A stretch of 64,000 nt of DNA, from the NCBI GenBank assembly GCA_002633005.1, contig NMRA01000389.1:124001-188000 (forward strand), in the 5' to 3' direction. Positions 36,401-53,470 of this stretch are shown here, piece by piece (position 1 is the first letter of the stretch; each line of letters opens with the position of its first letter). The notes beneath the pieces are model-generated. The model saw only the letters and a list, made by a program, of their open reading frames with translations. It was not told the DNA's origin and ran no database searches. This DNA comes from Phoronis australis (Eukaryota; Animalia; Phoronida). The position numbers and the translations under genes are program-made.

Positions 36401-39400
36401 GTCAGATAGTGATCAGGTCTTTGATGGACACCTTTCTTGTTATTATAATGCCGGCGAATTTCCACTGCTGTGCGGTGTAATGTACCAGTGCCTTACAAAA
36501 AAGGGCAAACCTTTTGAAATATCAATTGATGAGCAAGCACGTGTTGTTCCATGCACTTTCCATTGCGAAGATGTGTACGCAACAAAGCCAGTGACTGCCG
36601 CTGATTAAGTGGGGGAATTTCGATCCCAGCCGGTGTCAAATAGTCAAAATAAATTGCAAATCCAACTTTAAGAAAGTGTTTTCGGTCCATCAGGTTGGAA
36701 AATCAAAGCTTAAGTACAATTTGAAAGTGGGTAAAATTTTCTACTGAAATTCACAGTGCAAATGTTGATAGTACGGTTCCGCCTTTTGTTGTTTGAAGGT
36801 TATGCTCTCATGCTTCTGTGTTACATTCAGCACAAACTATTCCCTTGCAGCTGCTCTTGGTAAACGTGGGTGGAAGACGTTTTACATGTGTTTGAGAGAC
36901 ATGGTACTTTTTCTGTACAAAGACGAACAAAGTTACAAGAAAAGCTATTATCACGGTATCCACAACTCGCTAAGAGTCCATCACTGTTTGGCTACGAAGG
37001 CCAGCGATTACAAAAAGAAGCAGAATGTTTTCCGCCTCAAGACTGCCGACTGGGCAGAGTACTTGTTCCAGACAAGGTAAACATTTTGATGACACGTGTC
37101 TGCATTGTTTGGATGTGCTGTGTTTTGGGCAGCAGTTGCTTACAGGTATCCCATATTTTGAAACAAAACTTTGATGTCCCTTTTCAACGGAGGAATTGGG
37201 TTCTCAAATCCGGATACCTGTAGGCAACTATCTCTGTGTGCTGTGCATTATTCATGTACACCTCTTGTGTGCTTGATCTGTTCACATGGGATGGCCAGTT
37301 GTGTTAAGTAGCTCAAGTGAATTCACATAACGCCAGTGATGAAATGCTGCGTGCAATAGGTATAATAGTTCTGCCGTACACTGGGTTAAGGCCCAGAGCA
37401 TTTAAAGTAAGAAACAAAGAGGGGAGCCTTTAACCAAACACAACAAAACGTGGTTGTTTAGCCAAATGTGAGCGTTAACCCGAATAGGCCAAGGTAATTA
37501 GTAAGTTCTTGCATAGTCCAAACATAATATCTTGCCAAAATGACACTGTTGAATGATTGCTTTTCATAATTTACTTTTTTGTGGCAGTGTGTTAAGCATT
37601 GTGTTTTAATTTGTCTTTGAAGTGATCCCAAAGATTTGGAAGAGTGGACAGATTGCATTAACTTCATAGCTGCCAGTATGTCGGCCCCACCACTTGCTGC
37701 AGCTGTTGGTTCACAGCAGAAGTTTCAAAGAACTCTCATGCCTTCAAGTTACACTAAGCTCAACTTGGTAAATTGTCAGCAGACAGCCCTCTTTCTTATT
37801 CTCTTTCCCTCTCCCCCTCTCTCTCCGCCTCTCTCACCCCCTTTCCCTGTTCCCCNNNNCATCTCCCTCTCTCTCTCGCTACCCATCTTTGACATTAGGG
37901 CACCCCAGATCCCATGGAAATAATCCATATTTGGGAGCATGATGTTGTCATGTGTTTGCTGTTTCTGTGGGTCACTCTTCTAGCATGTGCATCTTAATGG
38001 GACACATGTTGAGCTCCACCCCCTTTTGCTGGGACTTGTTGCACCATCTTCACTGTTTATGGGTTGGCTTTCGAAGCAATTATTTCAATGCCTCTTTGGT
38101 TTGCAATGTGTCCATTAGCTTCCCTGAATCGCGCAAACAATACTTGAACCTCTTTTTTATCTCGAGTGACTTCCATTTAGTCATACCCTTGTCTGCACAC
38201 ACCTGCTTTCTGGCATTTCATTTTACCTGTCGTAATGGATTGTAGTTGAATGTGAAACAAATCCCATTATTGGTAGTGGTGGATGTGGCGGAGGGTCAGA
38301 TACTTTTGCACTTTCACAACATCAAAGCTCACCGATTTCATTCCTCTTTTGCTTTGCTACTTTTTCTGTTTCAATGTTAAGCATGGTATTTCTAATAATT
38401 TTGAAACGGCATGAGGGCTTGTATGTTGAAAGTTTCTAGAACATCTCTTCCTCGTGTGGGGGAGTCTTTGTCCGGCGTCCGCTGCTGTATTTCCAAAACT
38501 CCTTGATGTATGTTCATGAAATTTAGTAGATATGGCTCTTTCATGGATGGGACAGCATGAGTGAATTTTCGTATGGATTCAACTCCCAGGATGCCCTCTA
38601 GTGGCAATTTTAGATTTTTACATTTGCCTCTGTATCTTCGATGTTCCTGTACGGAGTCTCATGAAGTTTTGCAATTAGGTATCTATTAGGAAGATGACAT
38701 CACCTTCACGTTTTCAAGTGGATTCGACATATTTTGCGCCACTTTGTGTTCATTTTTACTGTTTTTGAATCAGTTCTGTTTTTTGCCATCTGCCCCTCTA
38801 TAGGCCAAACCACTGTAAGGATGATTATGAAAGTTGACATATATGTTCCTTCTGGGAAGAGGACTGCTAACCATGATTTTCAGGTGGCTCTGACTAGAGT
38901 GGCTCCTTCTAGTGGCAGCTTTTTTTTTCGCGTTCATGGCTGTCTCTTATAAACACTCTGCAGGAACTTTGTTCAATTTGGTAATTGTTATGAAAGTGAC
39001 AACAGGTGATGACAGCGTTTGGATGTATCCAACAACTGGTGTATCCCTTAGTTGCAATTTTTCCTTTCCCTCTGTATCTGGAGTTCCTATACAGATTTTT
39101 ATGAAATTTGCTAAAGTAGATTGCTGTTAAAGAAACGGTGACTTTTTTCCGTCTTCAGAATCTGATGGATTTGACGTTTTTTATTATGTTTCAGTCTGTT
39201 TTTGGCATCCATTTCTCTTTCTGTCAAATCACTCTATGCATCGTAATGAAAATTGGTAAATGTGTTCTCTACTGGGAAGAGCATGGTTGATGATATTTGG
39301 AGTGTATCACTACTGTGGCACCCCCTAGTGGCAGTTTACTTTTTTCGCATCAGCAGCTGTTTTTCCCTGATAGATCTTTGTGAAATTTGGCAAGTGTATT

Positions 39401-41021
39401 TCTATGAACGTGACAACAGATGACGACGTTTGGACATATCTGACTACCGTTGTGCCCCCAGTGCCTGTTTTAATTTCTTTATGGGCTTGGCAGGTGTGTT
39501 CCTATTGAGAAGAACATTGCTGACTTGCTATGAACCCCCTAGAGGCTATTTTAAGTTCACTAGCATTGCTCCATCTAGTGGGAATGTTTAGAATAGTAAT
39601 CATCCCTGGTATCTGCGGTATATGCGATGCACACAGTGGACGCTTGTCAACACTCCAGGTTGCTCTTTTTTATTTTTCAAGTGTTCACTGTATTGCCAAA
39701 AATTTTCAAGTTTTCATCCTGTGTTTGTTGATGACAGCCTTACTATATGAAATGTTCTAATAATCTAGTAAAATTGTCTTCTTGTTTACTTTTGCAAAAA
39801 AAATTGATAAAAATAAAATTTTAGTTTTCCACCATATTGTGTTCTAATTTGAAGAAATTTTACTGTAACCTAAAGGCATTACCAAACTTACCATAGTTTG
39901 TTAATTGTTTTTACATGAATATGAGAAGATCTGGTTTCTGCTAACAACTGGGTAATGGTCCTTTAACAAAATGCCTCATCCAATTGTGCTTTGCAATCAA
40001 CATTTACTGGCAGTGGTACCCATATCAGTTATAATGTTACAGGCCTGTGCTATTTTTACAGCGTGAACAACTTCTAGAGCATGACCGCCACATCTATGAT
40101 CTTGAACAGGACTTGTTGGATCATCAAAAGTACCCTCCAGAGAAAGGGGCCAAAGCACGTATTATTACAGATTACACAGAGAGGGAAAACTATCTTTTGT
40201 TTGAGGTATTGTTTACACTATGTTGAATTGTACACTACGTGGTACATTGTAGAAATAATGTTATTGGAGTACGGGGCACAATACAGAGTACAATGTACAA
40301 CTGAAATTTTATATTAATTTTTTCGTTAAAGACATTAAGTAGCACCAAATTATCGGTTTCATGTTCTAAACCATATTTATCGCCTGACGATTCATGATTT
40401 TTATCTGGCATCTTTTATTGCTAACTGTCATCAAGTATCATTTGAAGTTTTGAATTTGCACGTCTTTGGAATTGAGAAACGGAACTTTTTGTCTGAAAAC
40501 GAAAAATTGTCCTGGTGAAAGCAATTGCATAATTTTACAGACTCCAAAAATTCATATTTGTATGGCTATGATGCCAGTTTTTTTTCTTTGAAATATGAAT
40601 AATGTTTAGAATACTGAACTTAAGCAAGTTTGAATCAGCGTGTATGACTGGTGGTTGCAGTACAGTATTACAATATTTTAGTGCTATAGCGTCAAAGGAT
40701 TTTATATGTCAGCTTGTCTGCGGGTCTTTCTTACACCTGTGATCCTCTGTTTAACAGTTGAAGCGATTCCGCGCATACTCCAAGATGATTCATGAGAAAA
40801 TGGCCGCTTTCCCAGAGTTGGAGCCAACCCTGGTGGAGACCGTGATCGGTGAGGTTGATGAGCCACCATCGTCACCTGAACCTTCACCAGAGTGTCCTTC
40901 GCTCAGCGTTCCACTGAGGCAATTACCAGCATCCAGCAAGGCAGTACAGAGATCGCACTCTGATAGGTATAGTTACAGGGCAGCCATATACAAAAGTGAC
41001 GCTGATTACAATATCATTTGA
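30436..41021 (+). CDS. PSD: PH and SEC7 domain-containing protein (EFA6/PSD family ARF6 GEF), 1039 aa
   Basis: Ten coding exons: 30436-32228, 32819-33012, 33408-33466, 34721-34854, 35601-35679, 36000-36081, 36851-37076, 37623-37767, 40062-40205, 40758-41021 (3120 nt). Sec7 motifs [18 protein letters not shown] (Glu finger), [14 protein letters not shown] domain GKRGWKTFY...[11 protein letters not shown]...LFQT. Also [17 protein letters not shown] and a C-terminal coiled-coil region. An acceptor at 30390-30391 implies an upstream non-coding exon. Confidence 0.95.
33483..33860 (+). mobile_element. Helentron/HINE-like non-autonomous element
   Basis: 5' hairpin tttatgcacccact..agtgggtgga, tccgctgctgtatc core, and 3' gatgcacacggtggacgc shared with the other copies. 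Confidence 0.6.
34287..34705. repeat. 38-bp minisatellite, 11 copies, in a PSD intron
   Basis: Unit tgtttgagccagacggtgaacctatagtatactcttca; gagccagac recurs every 38 nt from 34292 to 34672. Confidence 0.97.
37788..37880. repeat. CT-rich low-complexity tract containing 4 undetermined bases (37856-37859)
   Basis: Polypyrimidine run with nnnn. Confidence 0.85.
38430..39670 (+). mobile_element. Helentron/HINE-like element with internal degenerate tandem repeats
   Basis: gtccggcgtccgctgctgtat core; repeated (t)atgaaattt...ccctagtggca modules; the last ~180 nt (39490-39670) align by eye with 61148-61327. Confidence 0.65.
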
Positions 41022-42860
41022 AATGACCTATTTTTGTGATTCCAGTTTACTTAACTGATATTTATTTTTAAGAAAACAGCTTCCTTGTGTATGCTGTGTA
41101 GGGCTAGTGCTAATTAATGACATGTAATGCAAATGCTTTCATTCTTGAGAGCCAATGTATGTTTTATGTTTTGTTTTATAGTAAAATGTCTGTGATGTCT
41201 TTGTTGCCACTGTGTAAGCTTTTGCTATACTTTGACTTTTTATGTGGTAATTTTGTTAAAACGGTAGGGATCTAGGTATAAAATAGTAAGCAATTTAGTT
41301 TTGTAGGAAATGTTTTTGAATGTATTCAGTATATTTTCAATACCCGTTGACTGTAAGCCGTGCATTCTGACAAAGGCTCGTCAGTTAGCATTCAGTTACA
41401 CTGAGACATAGGACTTCATTACCATTAGGTTACAAGCGCTGTTCTAGGATCATGTGCATAGGAGTGTCTGACAGTAGCCAGAGGTATGGACTCTCACTTC
41501 CAGTATGACAATTGACAATACAAAAGGGGCCAAGTAAGGTCTGGAACCCTGTGTTGATCCACACCTTTGGTTGTCAAGTTTAAACCCTGGTCACTCTACA
41601 TATACTACGGGTCTACTTCTGACAAATGGCCAACAGTCCTGCATTGTCCTTTGTCAATCCAAGATCAAAAAAAAGTTGTCTCAATCAATTTCACACAGAT
41701 TGTGTAGTTATCCTAGACTCCTGAAAGCAACTAAGTACTCCACAGTCTTGTGAGGTGAAAAGTTATACGTCTCGTTGTGACTGGATCTTCCTTTAACTAA
41801 AAATTCCATGCTTTCTAACAGAAAGGTCTATTATTTTTGAGATTGCTTTAACAAATTTGGGTGAGATTAACTCTTAACTATATGCCAGTTTACTAGAAAT
41901 GAATACTATAAAGCAGTTCACTCACCTTTTGCTTAACTGTAATTCGTTGTCCCAGTGTTTTATCACCTTAGCACTGGTCACTGTTGTATGGAACGTGGCT
42001 GTCCGATGTTGAATTTCTTCCTGAGCGTGCTTATATTACATTTCTTTGTGTTAACAACAAGTGACACAAGTTGCTAGATACACTCAAGATACATGAGTCT
42101 CTACCATTGTTATAATCAGTTTGTCAAGTTATGTGTCCATATGTGTAGTACTGTGCTGCAGTGTAAAGCCACAACACCACACTGACCACAGTTTCTTGTC
42201 CGCTGGTGCGATGAATGTCTTGGTTTAGAAGGTGCTTTTTCTTATGTGGTGTGAGTGCTTGCTCAGTCTTCTGGTATATCAGTAGGAAATTGAAATTAGT
42301 TCTTCCAACATCAGTGCTCTCTTGTTCTGGACTTCCATTTGTGTGAACTTATAAGACTTAACACTTTGATAACTAACGGCATGGATCCAGGGTTGAGACT
42401 AAGGAGGATGTTGGCAATAGTTGAACATAAGTTGGCCTTTAGATCTTTTCATAACACCGATGTAGAGACAAATGTACAGCATAGGGTCCAGTGCTTGGTA
42501 TCATGAAACAGTCCTTATAGGGGCTTGACTGTCTTACCTGAATTTTTGGTACATTTGTGGACTTGTCATAGTGCAGACAGTGATTGTCCTTTCTTCTGCT
42601 ATTAGTTTCGATACATAGTGAGAGTAATCTGCGTTGAATTTTTGACATTACTGAAATTAAATGGGAACCTTTTCATTCAATGTTCCTAATTTAAGGACTT
42701 GCCCATGTTTATTTTTTATAAAATAAGGGCTCAGTTTTCAAATCTATAATTAGAGAATGTTTCAAGTACAAAAGGAGATCATAAAAGATAAGATGCTGAA
42801 TAAAGGTAACATTAAAGAGTAAAAAGTCTGCAAATGAACTGAAAACCTAACAAACAGTTG

Positions 42861-43214
42861 AGACCCTATAGACTTGTTTAGTATGACATCATCGTGAAGT
42901 TTTGGACCCATTTAAATAAAATTAAAGTGCCAAAATTCAAAACAACAATATTTAGGCCAGATTTTACGTATCCCATTAAATTACTAGTTAAATTACTATG
43001 TACCTGGTCAATCTTAATTAATCCTTTTCAACTCTCCTGGTGCAACCATTGTCATTGCACTCCAATTAATTCACGTAATTTTGAATGAGAAAAGTACCTG
43101 AGACCTACAAAATTTTTGACAATGCGATATAATTTTGCATTTTTATTCGTATTTGCGGGTCCAAATCACATAACAGTACCAGTCACGTCATCACTAGACA
43201 TCCGTATTGGGACT
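42861..43214. mobile_element. MITE with long imperfect terminal inverted repeats
   Basis: agaccctat..tgtttagtatgac..tttggaccc mirrored by gggtccaaa..gtcatcactagaca..tattgggact. Confidence 0.55.
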
Positions 43215-45152
43215 GTTTCTTGGAACCAGCCACATATCTCTATACATCAGCAACTGATTGTGATGATTGTTTTCAACTTACGTCTAAATTTCCATGCCTG
43301 CATACACATGTCTGTCAAAGGTAAGTCAACTGCGCTATTACTGTGTGGCCATGGTTTAAGCATTGCATTCCTGTTAACCAAGAATTTTGGTTAGTAATTT
43401 AGTGTAAGTCCAGTCTAATTTATAATGCATCTGTTTTGTATTGATTATCCTATGTAGTCTTGCAATCACTGTGGTATGATGTAGTCCCTAATAAGTGCAA
43501 TAGCAGTGATTTGATATAGTGATTTCATTATTTATATATCAACCATGTTTTTAATGTATTTCTTTTGTGTTGCGATTTGCTTCTAAATAGTTGAATTCTG
43601 AACAAAACAGTGTAATGACAAATCCATCTCGCCCTGTGGAAATGATGGCCATACAGTTATGTAGTTCACTTGTTTGCGTCTAATGTGAAAGCTGTGTTTG
43701 TGCGATTAGAAACTTAAACATCCCGCTGGATTTTTTTATATCACTTGTTTTGTCTTTCAGCTGTGATCCGCATGGCAATAACATTAACAAAGAGACTATA
43801 GTCACCTCACTATAAATGCCAGGATTGGAGAAGTTCAAGTGCTACATGCATTTCATATTTCTGCCAAACTTAAACAAGAACATACTAGCAAATGTAAAAT
43901 ACAAAGTACATTCATTGGTGCTTAGATGCTTATTAGCACCAGAGTTTCCATCACTGCTGGTCAAACTTGCGAAGTATCCACACAGGGTAAACAGGAAGGG
44001 AATTGTCACCTTGCTGTTGAAAGATGAGTACATATCTATTTTTGTGCAGTGACAATGTTTTATCAAAATCTGCGTCTCTTCAGTAAATATGTAATGCTTA
44101 GATAATGAACGCATTACAAGAGTATTAGATGCAAATTGTAATGTTTTTGTACACATAACTGCCTTAAGAATATTTACGTTCATTTGCAGTTCATATCTGT
44201 AATACAAAAACTTGAAAAATTAAGGCACTGAACCAGTTCACGGTGAAGACGTGAGTTTTAACTGGATTTATACATTTTAAAATAATGCATTCTGTGGTTC
44301 TCATATACTGAGGCATGGGTTGTGGACTGAGTGTGGGACAGCTTATTGTGCATGGCTACCCTTCATCTCTTGATTTTCAGCACATAGAACTTCCAGAGAA
44401 CCACCAACAAGAGGATTTTTCTTTTATTTAAAAGGGCTATAAACTTGCTTCATAACACAAATACCAAATTTTGATTTAGATAGCTGACCATAATGACATG
44501 GGTGTCAAATTCTTCCTAAGTAAAATTTAAGGTGATTTCAGGGCTTTGAAAAAGCCGAGTGTTGGTTATTACACGAGACCACACTCTACAAGTTGGGCTT
44601 GTTACGGCGAGTCTTAAAGAGTAAAAAACTGTCAGTTCTTCACAAACCCAGAAGTTACTTCCCATTAGATTAAGGAACAAGCTGAGAACAATTTTGAAAC
44701 TGCAAGTGGTAAAAATCAAAAGTTCACTACATAGACGGAATGCCGGTTTGAAAAAATGTATTTTTGTTGAACTTATGTCTGCAGTATTAATAAACAGATT
44801 TCCTAGGACCAATAGCATTTTGGTACATTGCAATTAAAATTGCTTTCAACCTATATCAACTACCAAAACAGAAATGAGGATGTGCTAAACAATATGGTTA
44901 TAGTTTATGCCATTAGCCTCTATGCAAGCTAGGTATGCAGTGTATTTCTCCTGGTTGATTTTCAGTTCACTCTCGTACTATTGTGATCGTAGTCAGCAAT
45001 CCTGTCTCGTGTTAGTTCCTTGTTTGAACTATGGTGCTACATTATACACTAGCATGCCATACAGGACTGGATTGTCGATTTTAAAATAAAGTAATGTCTC
45101 AGGGTTTTTTTCAAATATAGACAGAGACGGTCAATTGACCATTGGCATTAAC

Positions 45153-45300
45153 TGATGTCACACACAAATATCCAAACATTTTGTTTTTTATTCAAAAACA
45201 TCAGTGGAAACAAGTAAACAACATACACCGACTTACTGTTGCTTTGTTTTGCACTGTTTTGAGTTAAAATGAAACGTTTGGATGTCTGTGTATGACATCA
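45153..45300. mobile_element. Palindromic MITE-like element
   Basis: tgatgtcacacacaaatatccaaacattt / aaacgtttggatgtctgtgtatgacatca, inverted arms of about 29 bp. Confidence 0.6.
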
Positions 45301-45466
45301 ATAAATGTCAACACTTAATATCTATTTTCCGAGATGGCCACATCCGTACAAATTGGCATGGTAGTGTAAATAAGTAATTTGACTATGGTAACATTTTTGC
45401 TGTTACTGTTACCTATTTGTTATGTGATGTCCTCGACTCAATGGATGCTCTATTTAGATTGCTTAA

Positions 45467-45881
45467 AGGTATAGTCCCAAGCTTAAGAAATGAAATGATT
45501 TGATTCCCCTAGACCATCGCATCTGCTGATCAAGTCGGCAATAGTTGGATATATGCCCGTTTTTCAGTGGAGAAAACTGGTTCTCAAAATGCTAAGGTAC
45601 ATGCCATAACACTTCACATAAACTATACAATCTACTCAAGCCAGTGAGCTCATGTACTTGACATGCTAGCTGTCTCGACACTTTCGTTGACTAACATCGT
45701 AAATCACTTATGCAGTAAAACTGTTGTGTTGTTCTGTATCGTGTATCCTAGAATCGATCCCAACACCAAGTGCTGTATTTGTGAGCAAGTCGTTTTCTGA
45801 TAAGGTAGAATGCACTTTTGATCACATTCAAATGTTTACAAACACGGCTTTATGAAGGGGTAAAAGCCCAGGACTATACCT
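45467..45881. mobile_element. TTAA-flanked MITE (Kolobok-like), second family
   Basis: ttaa|aggtatagtcc ... ggactatacct|ttag: perfect 11-bp TIR. Confidence 0.65.
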
Positions 45882-47820
45882 TTAGCTTTACAGCACCACA
45901 AGTATAGCTGTACTCATATGTGTTGTTTCTATCCGCTGTGGATGTGCTTGCCCAAATTCTATTGTATGCTCCAAAACATTCCAGTAAACCCCTAGTTCGT
46001 TCCCCACCCATCTGCATGCATTGTTCAGAGCTGCAGCAGTGCACATTGTCAGCATACTGTGCTGATCAAGTTTTCTAAATTTCATACTTTTTATGTCTTG
46101 TGAATGTTTTATTTTTTAAACGCGACTAACCAATCCTTGTCGCAAACTCTTTATATTTTTATGGTTCTAAGCTTGCCTTAAAGCTCAATGTGTAATAACA
46201 CTCATTTTGCTTATCCATCCAAAATGCCGTTTCTTGCAAGCACAAAATTCAAATACAGTAAAACTCGTATAGGTTGTATTTTTGCTTTGCCGAGTTCTAG
46301 CTCGTGCACTTGGCTCTTCACACAAGTCAGATCTATCCTTGCTCCAAAAAAAGATAGGATCTGTTGGATCAGACTATTGCAAGTTTTACTGTAATAGTCA
46401 CAATGGGACAGGAATGGTACAGATAAACCAAGTTACAACAAACCTCCCTTTGACTAAAATGAAACATGCACTCAGCAACACGGTTTAACTGAACCAGTAC
46501 TGACATGTGTAAAAGCAAACAAGCATGCAGAAAGCTTAATGGTATATTTTTAGTTCAGTGTGACCTACTCCATGTTGTTTTAAGGGATAGCTTGGTGTTT
46601 TATAGATCAGCTGTGTGTTTGTTGTGTCTGCTTTACTGTGTTGTTTGTCCATTTTGTATCGCCCTTGCTTTGTATATCACGTCATACAATTTCATAATAA
46701 AATCTTATATCACACAGTAGTACCACTTATGCATGCAAGCACACTAACTGGAACTTACAGCAGTATGCTTCATATTAAATTGTGACAGAATATGGACTTC
46801 AATTTGAATTCTATAGTTGAGAGGGTCATATAGTGGCATGTCCAAAAAGGAATGCGAAATAGTGAATTCGAACTAGTCACAACGGTGTTACAACAAATTC
46901 TCTCTTTGGACCTCCCTAAAACGTTCGTAGCAACCAAATAAAAGTCTATACAGCTATCAGCTTTAGGACTATAAGAATTAAGCATCATAAGTGAGTAATG
47001 ATATAAACGAGGGTAGAGATCAGTAATGTAGGACCTCGCTAAAATCCAACCAAAACCATGTGTTCTCATTTAAAATACACAGCAATTTCACGCGAAGCCT
47101 TTTACCAAGGTCCTCATGTTTCTGAACAGCTGGCTGGCTTGTTCCAATGCTCGTGTGGAATAGTTCCTATAAACGCCATAGTTACTGTTGCAGTCTCACA
47201 AGCCCATACGGTGGAAATTGCTTGCAAGCATGCTACAACAGATTCTTTTCATCACAATGTAGGTATGTTTCACTGAAACTGTTACCGCACAGAACCACCA
47301 TCACAAAGGGCCCTAGTATACTCGTGACAACCAAGTCTTAATGATTACAAAACCAGTCGCATCAACTCAGATTCATTCAAGTGTCGGCTTGTAGAACAGT
47401 TGTGCATTGCACAGGTTAAGTGGGGTGGTAAACTGTTCAATACTACTCACGCAATTGGCAAATTTTGTTGGTGGTCTGCTGCACAAGAATAATAACAGGA
47501 CTCTTCTCAGCAAAACCACACTTCCACCAGTCATATGTGCAGTCACCATGTTTCACATATTTGGTTGTTGGTCTCAGTTTTGTAAAAATGCTCTGAAGGT
47601 GAATTTATTTTGCAGTGGGCTAGTTTATTCCAACGTATATTTATTTGATCGTGAGCTCATGCAAGCACTTGTACCTTGTTAGTTCTCTGTACATAGCTGA
47701 TCTGCATTTAACTGCCAAAGCACATTATATAACGACCGACACTAGTTTGCAACCAATGTTTCGAGGACAAATTGGACAGACTATTGGCAAGTTTACATGT
47801 TCCCGCACCACCAATAGCTG

Positions 47821-47990
47821 CAATTGACCTATAGCCAGGATTTTGAGTGACGGTTTAACTGACCAATCAGAACGCAGCATTCTTGACACCTTCGTTTCCA
47901 ACCCACCATTTTACCTGACAAAAAACACGGGCAAGACTTAATATTTGTTGACATTTCGCAAGGGGGGAGGAGCCTGTGATAGGTCAATTG
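47821..47990. mobile_element. MITE-like element (CAATTGACCTAT TIR), copy 2
   Basis: caattgacctat ... ataggtcaattg, perfect 12-bp TIR; homologous to 13760-13920. Confidence 0.75.
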
Positions 47991-48206
47991 TTAGCTTGAT
48001 TAACATTTCATTGGTGTAAATTGTATGCGTCTGAGCAGCTGTATGATAGTATCACCAATTCCATGCTGTACATGTACACCTGTGCAAAGTACCCAATATG
48101 ACACAATTACCCAATCAGTAAATAAGCGCCACGCAGTGACACAGAGTGAGATAAATCAAGGTGGCCCAGATTTGAAAAATAAAACTCCAACCTTGATTCA
48201 GATTGG

Positions 48207-48212
48207 TTTAAT
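48207..48212 (-). terminator. Putative RPS14 polyadenylation signal (ATTAAA)
   Basis: ATTAAA about 40 nt downstream of the RPS14 stop; a short 3' UTR is typical of ribosomal protein genes. Confidence 0.6.
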
Positions 48213-48249
48213 GTCCATTTCTGCTCATGTACATAAATATGCAAAACTC

Positions 48250-52716
<4,467 letters not shown>

Positions 52717-53051
52717 TCTAAAGCGCAGAAGGACAGAATTTTAAACAGCTGCATATTGATTAAGTTGGTCCTTTCTTGCTAGCATGCAATAGCAGTGAAA
52801 CTGGTAGCCGCAATACACCATCGGAACCCAGGTACGCATGCAACCTATTACTGTTTATCATCAGTTTATAGCGACATTAAAGGCACTGTATTTCTAACTA
52901 AAAATACGAGTTTATTTTCATTGCGGGATCTCATTATTACGGAATTGAATAACTTTTAGATCTAAAAGATCCAGAACATCAAACAATATAGCAAGTTATT
53001 AACCGTACAGTAAGATGTTCGTCGATTTATTAGTGTGATTGCCACACAAAC

Positions 53052-53081
53052 CTGATTTGAATATGGCGAAATATGAAAAGG
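53052..53081 (-). promoter_or_regulatory. RPS14: RPS14 non-coding exon 1 with TCT/5'TOP start and YY1-like site
   Basis: Minus strand CCTTTTCATATTTCGCCATATTCAAATCAG|gtttgt: polypyrimidine initiator, CGCCATATT (YY1-like) and a donor site. The matching acceptor tttag|AATG is at 52718. Confidence 0.75.
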
Positions 53082-53160
53082 TCGAACAGGAAATTTCCCC
53101 TACCGGACAACAGTAGAAGCTTATCGGCTCGACGGAAACAACCGGAACTTATCGATCATC
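53082..53160. promoter_or_regulatory. Bidirectional promoter region shared by RPS14 and ZSWIM8
   Basis: CpG-containing patch with ETS-type motifs (caggaaat, cggaaa, accggaact) and DRE-like tatcgat between two divergent genes. Confidence 0.6.
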
Positions 53161-53470
53161 TTGTTTTTGTTGGAGGTGTTGGGCTCTGATTATTTTTCTG
53201 GAACTTGGGATTTTTTTAAGGATGTTTGGTGATTCTAAGCGTCTACCACGACAGAGTTTTTGAACTACACAAAAGGCGTAACATCAAAGTTCACGGAAGA
53301 ATATTGGAGGTTAAAAGAAAGAAAGAACTAAGTGACCCTGACCCGAATAAGACAGCCGTCATTCAGGCAGTGTTCACTGATTCACTTCACACTGTTCACT
53401 TCAGACAGTATCCTTGACCGAAATGAACTGTCTTTATGGTTCAGGTTTTGGCTTGCACTGAAGCCTGATA

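Noticed and set aside
41022-48200. Short ORF-track ORFs between PSD and RPS14 (and most other 60-120 aa ORFs in introns)
   Set aside because: No recognisable domains or consistent splice chains; the region looks like a long 3' UTR or intergenic DNA with MITEs (AATAAA candidates e.g. 46696-46701).
53408-53418. GTATCCTTGAC as a U12-type 5' splice site or branch site in the ZSWIM8 leader
   Set aside because: No convincing partner site; similar RTATCCTT 8-mers occur elsewhere (e.g. ~26982), consistent with chance. All reconstructed introns look like U2-type GT-AG.
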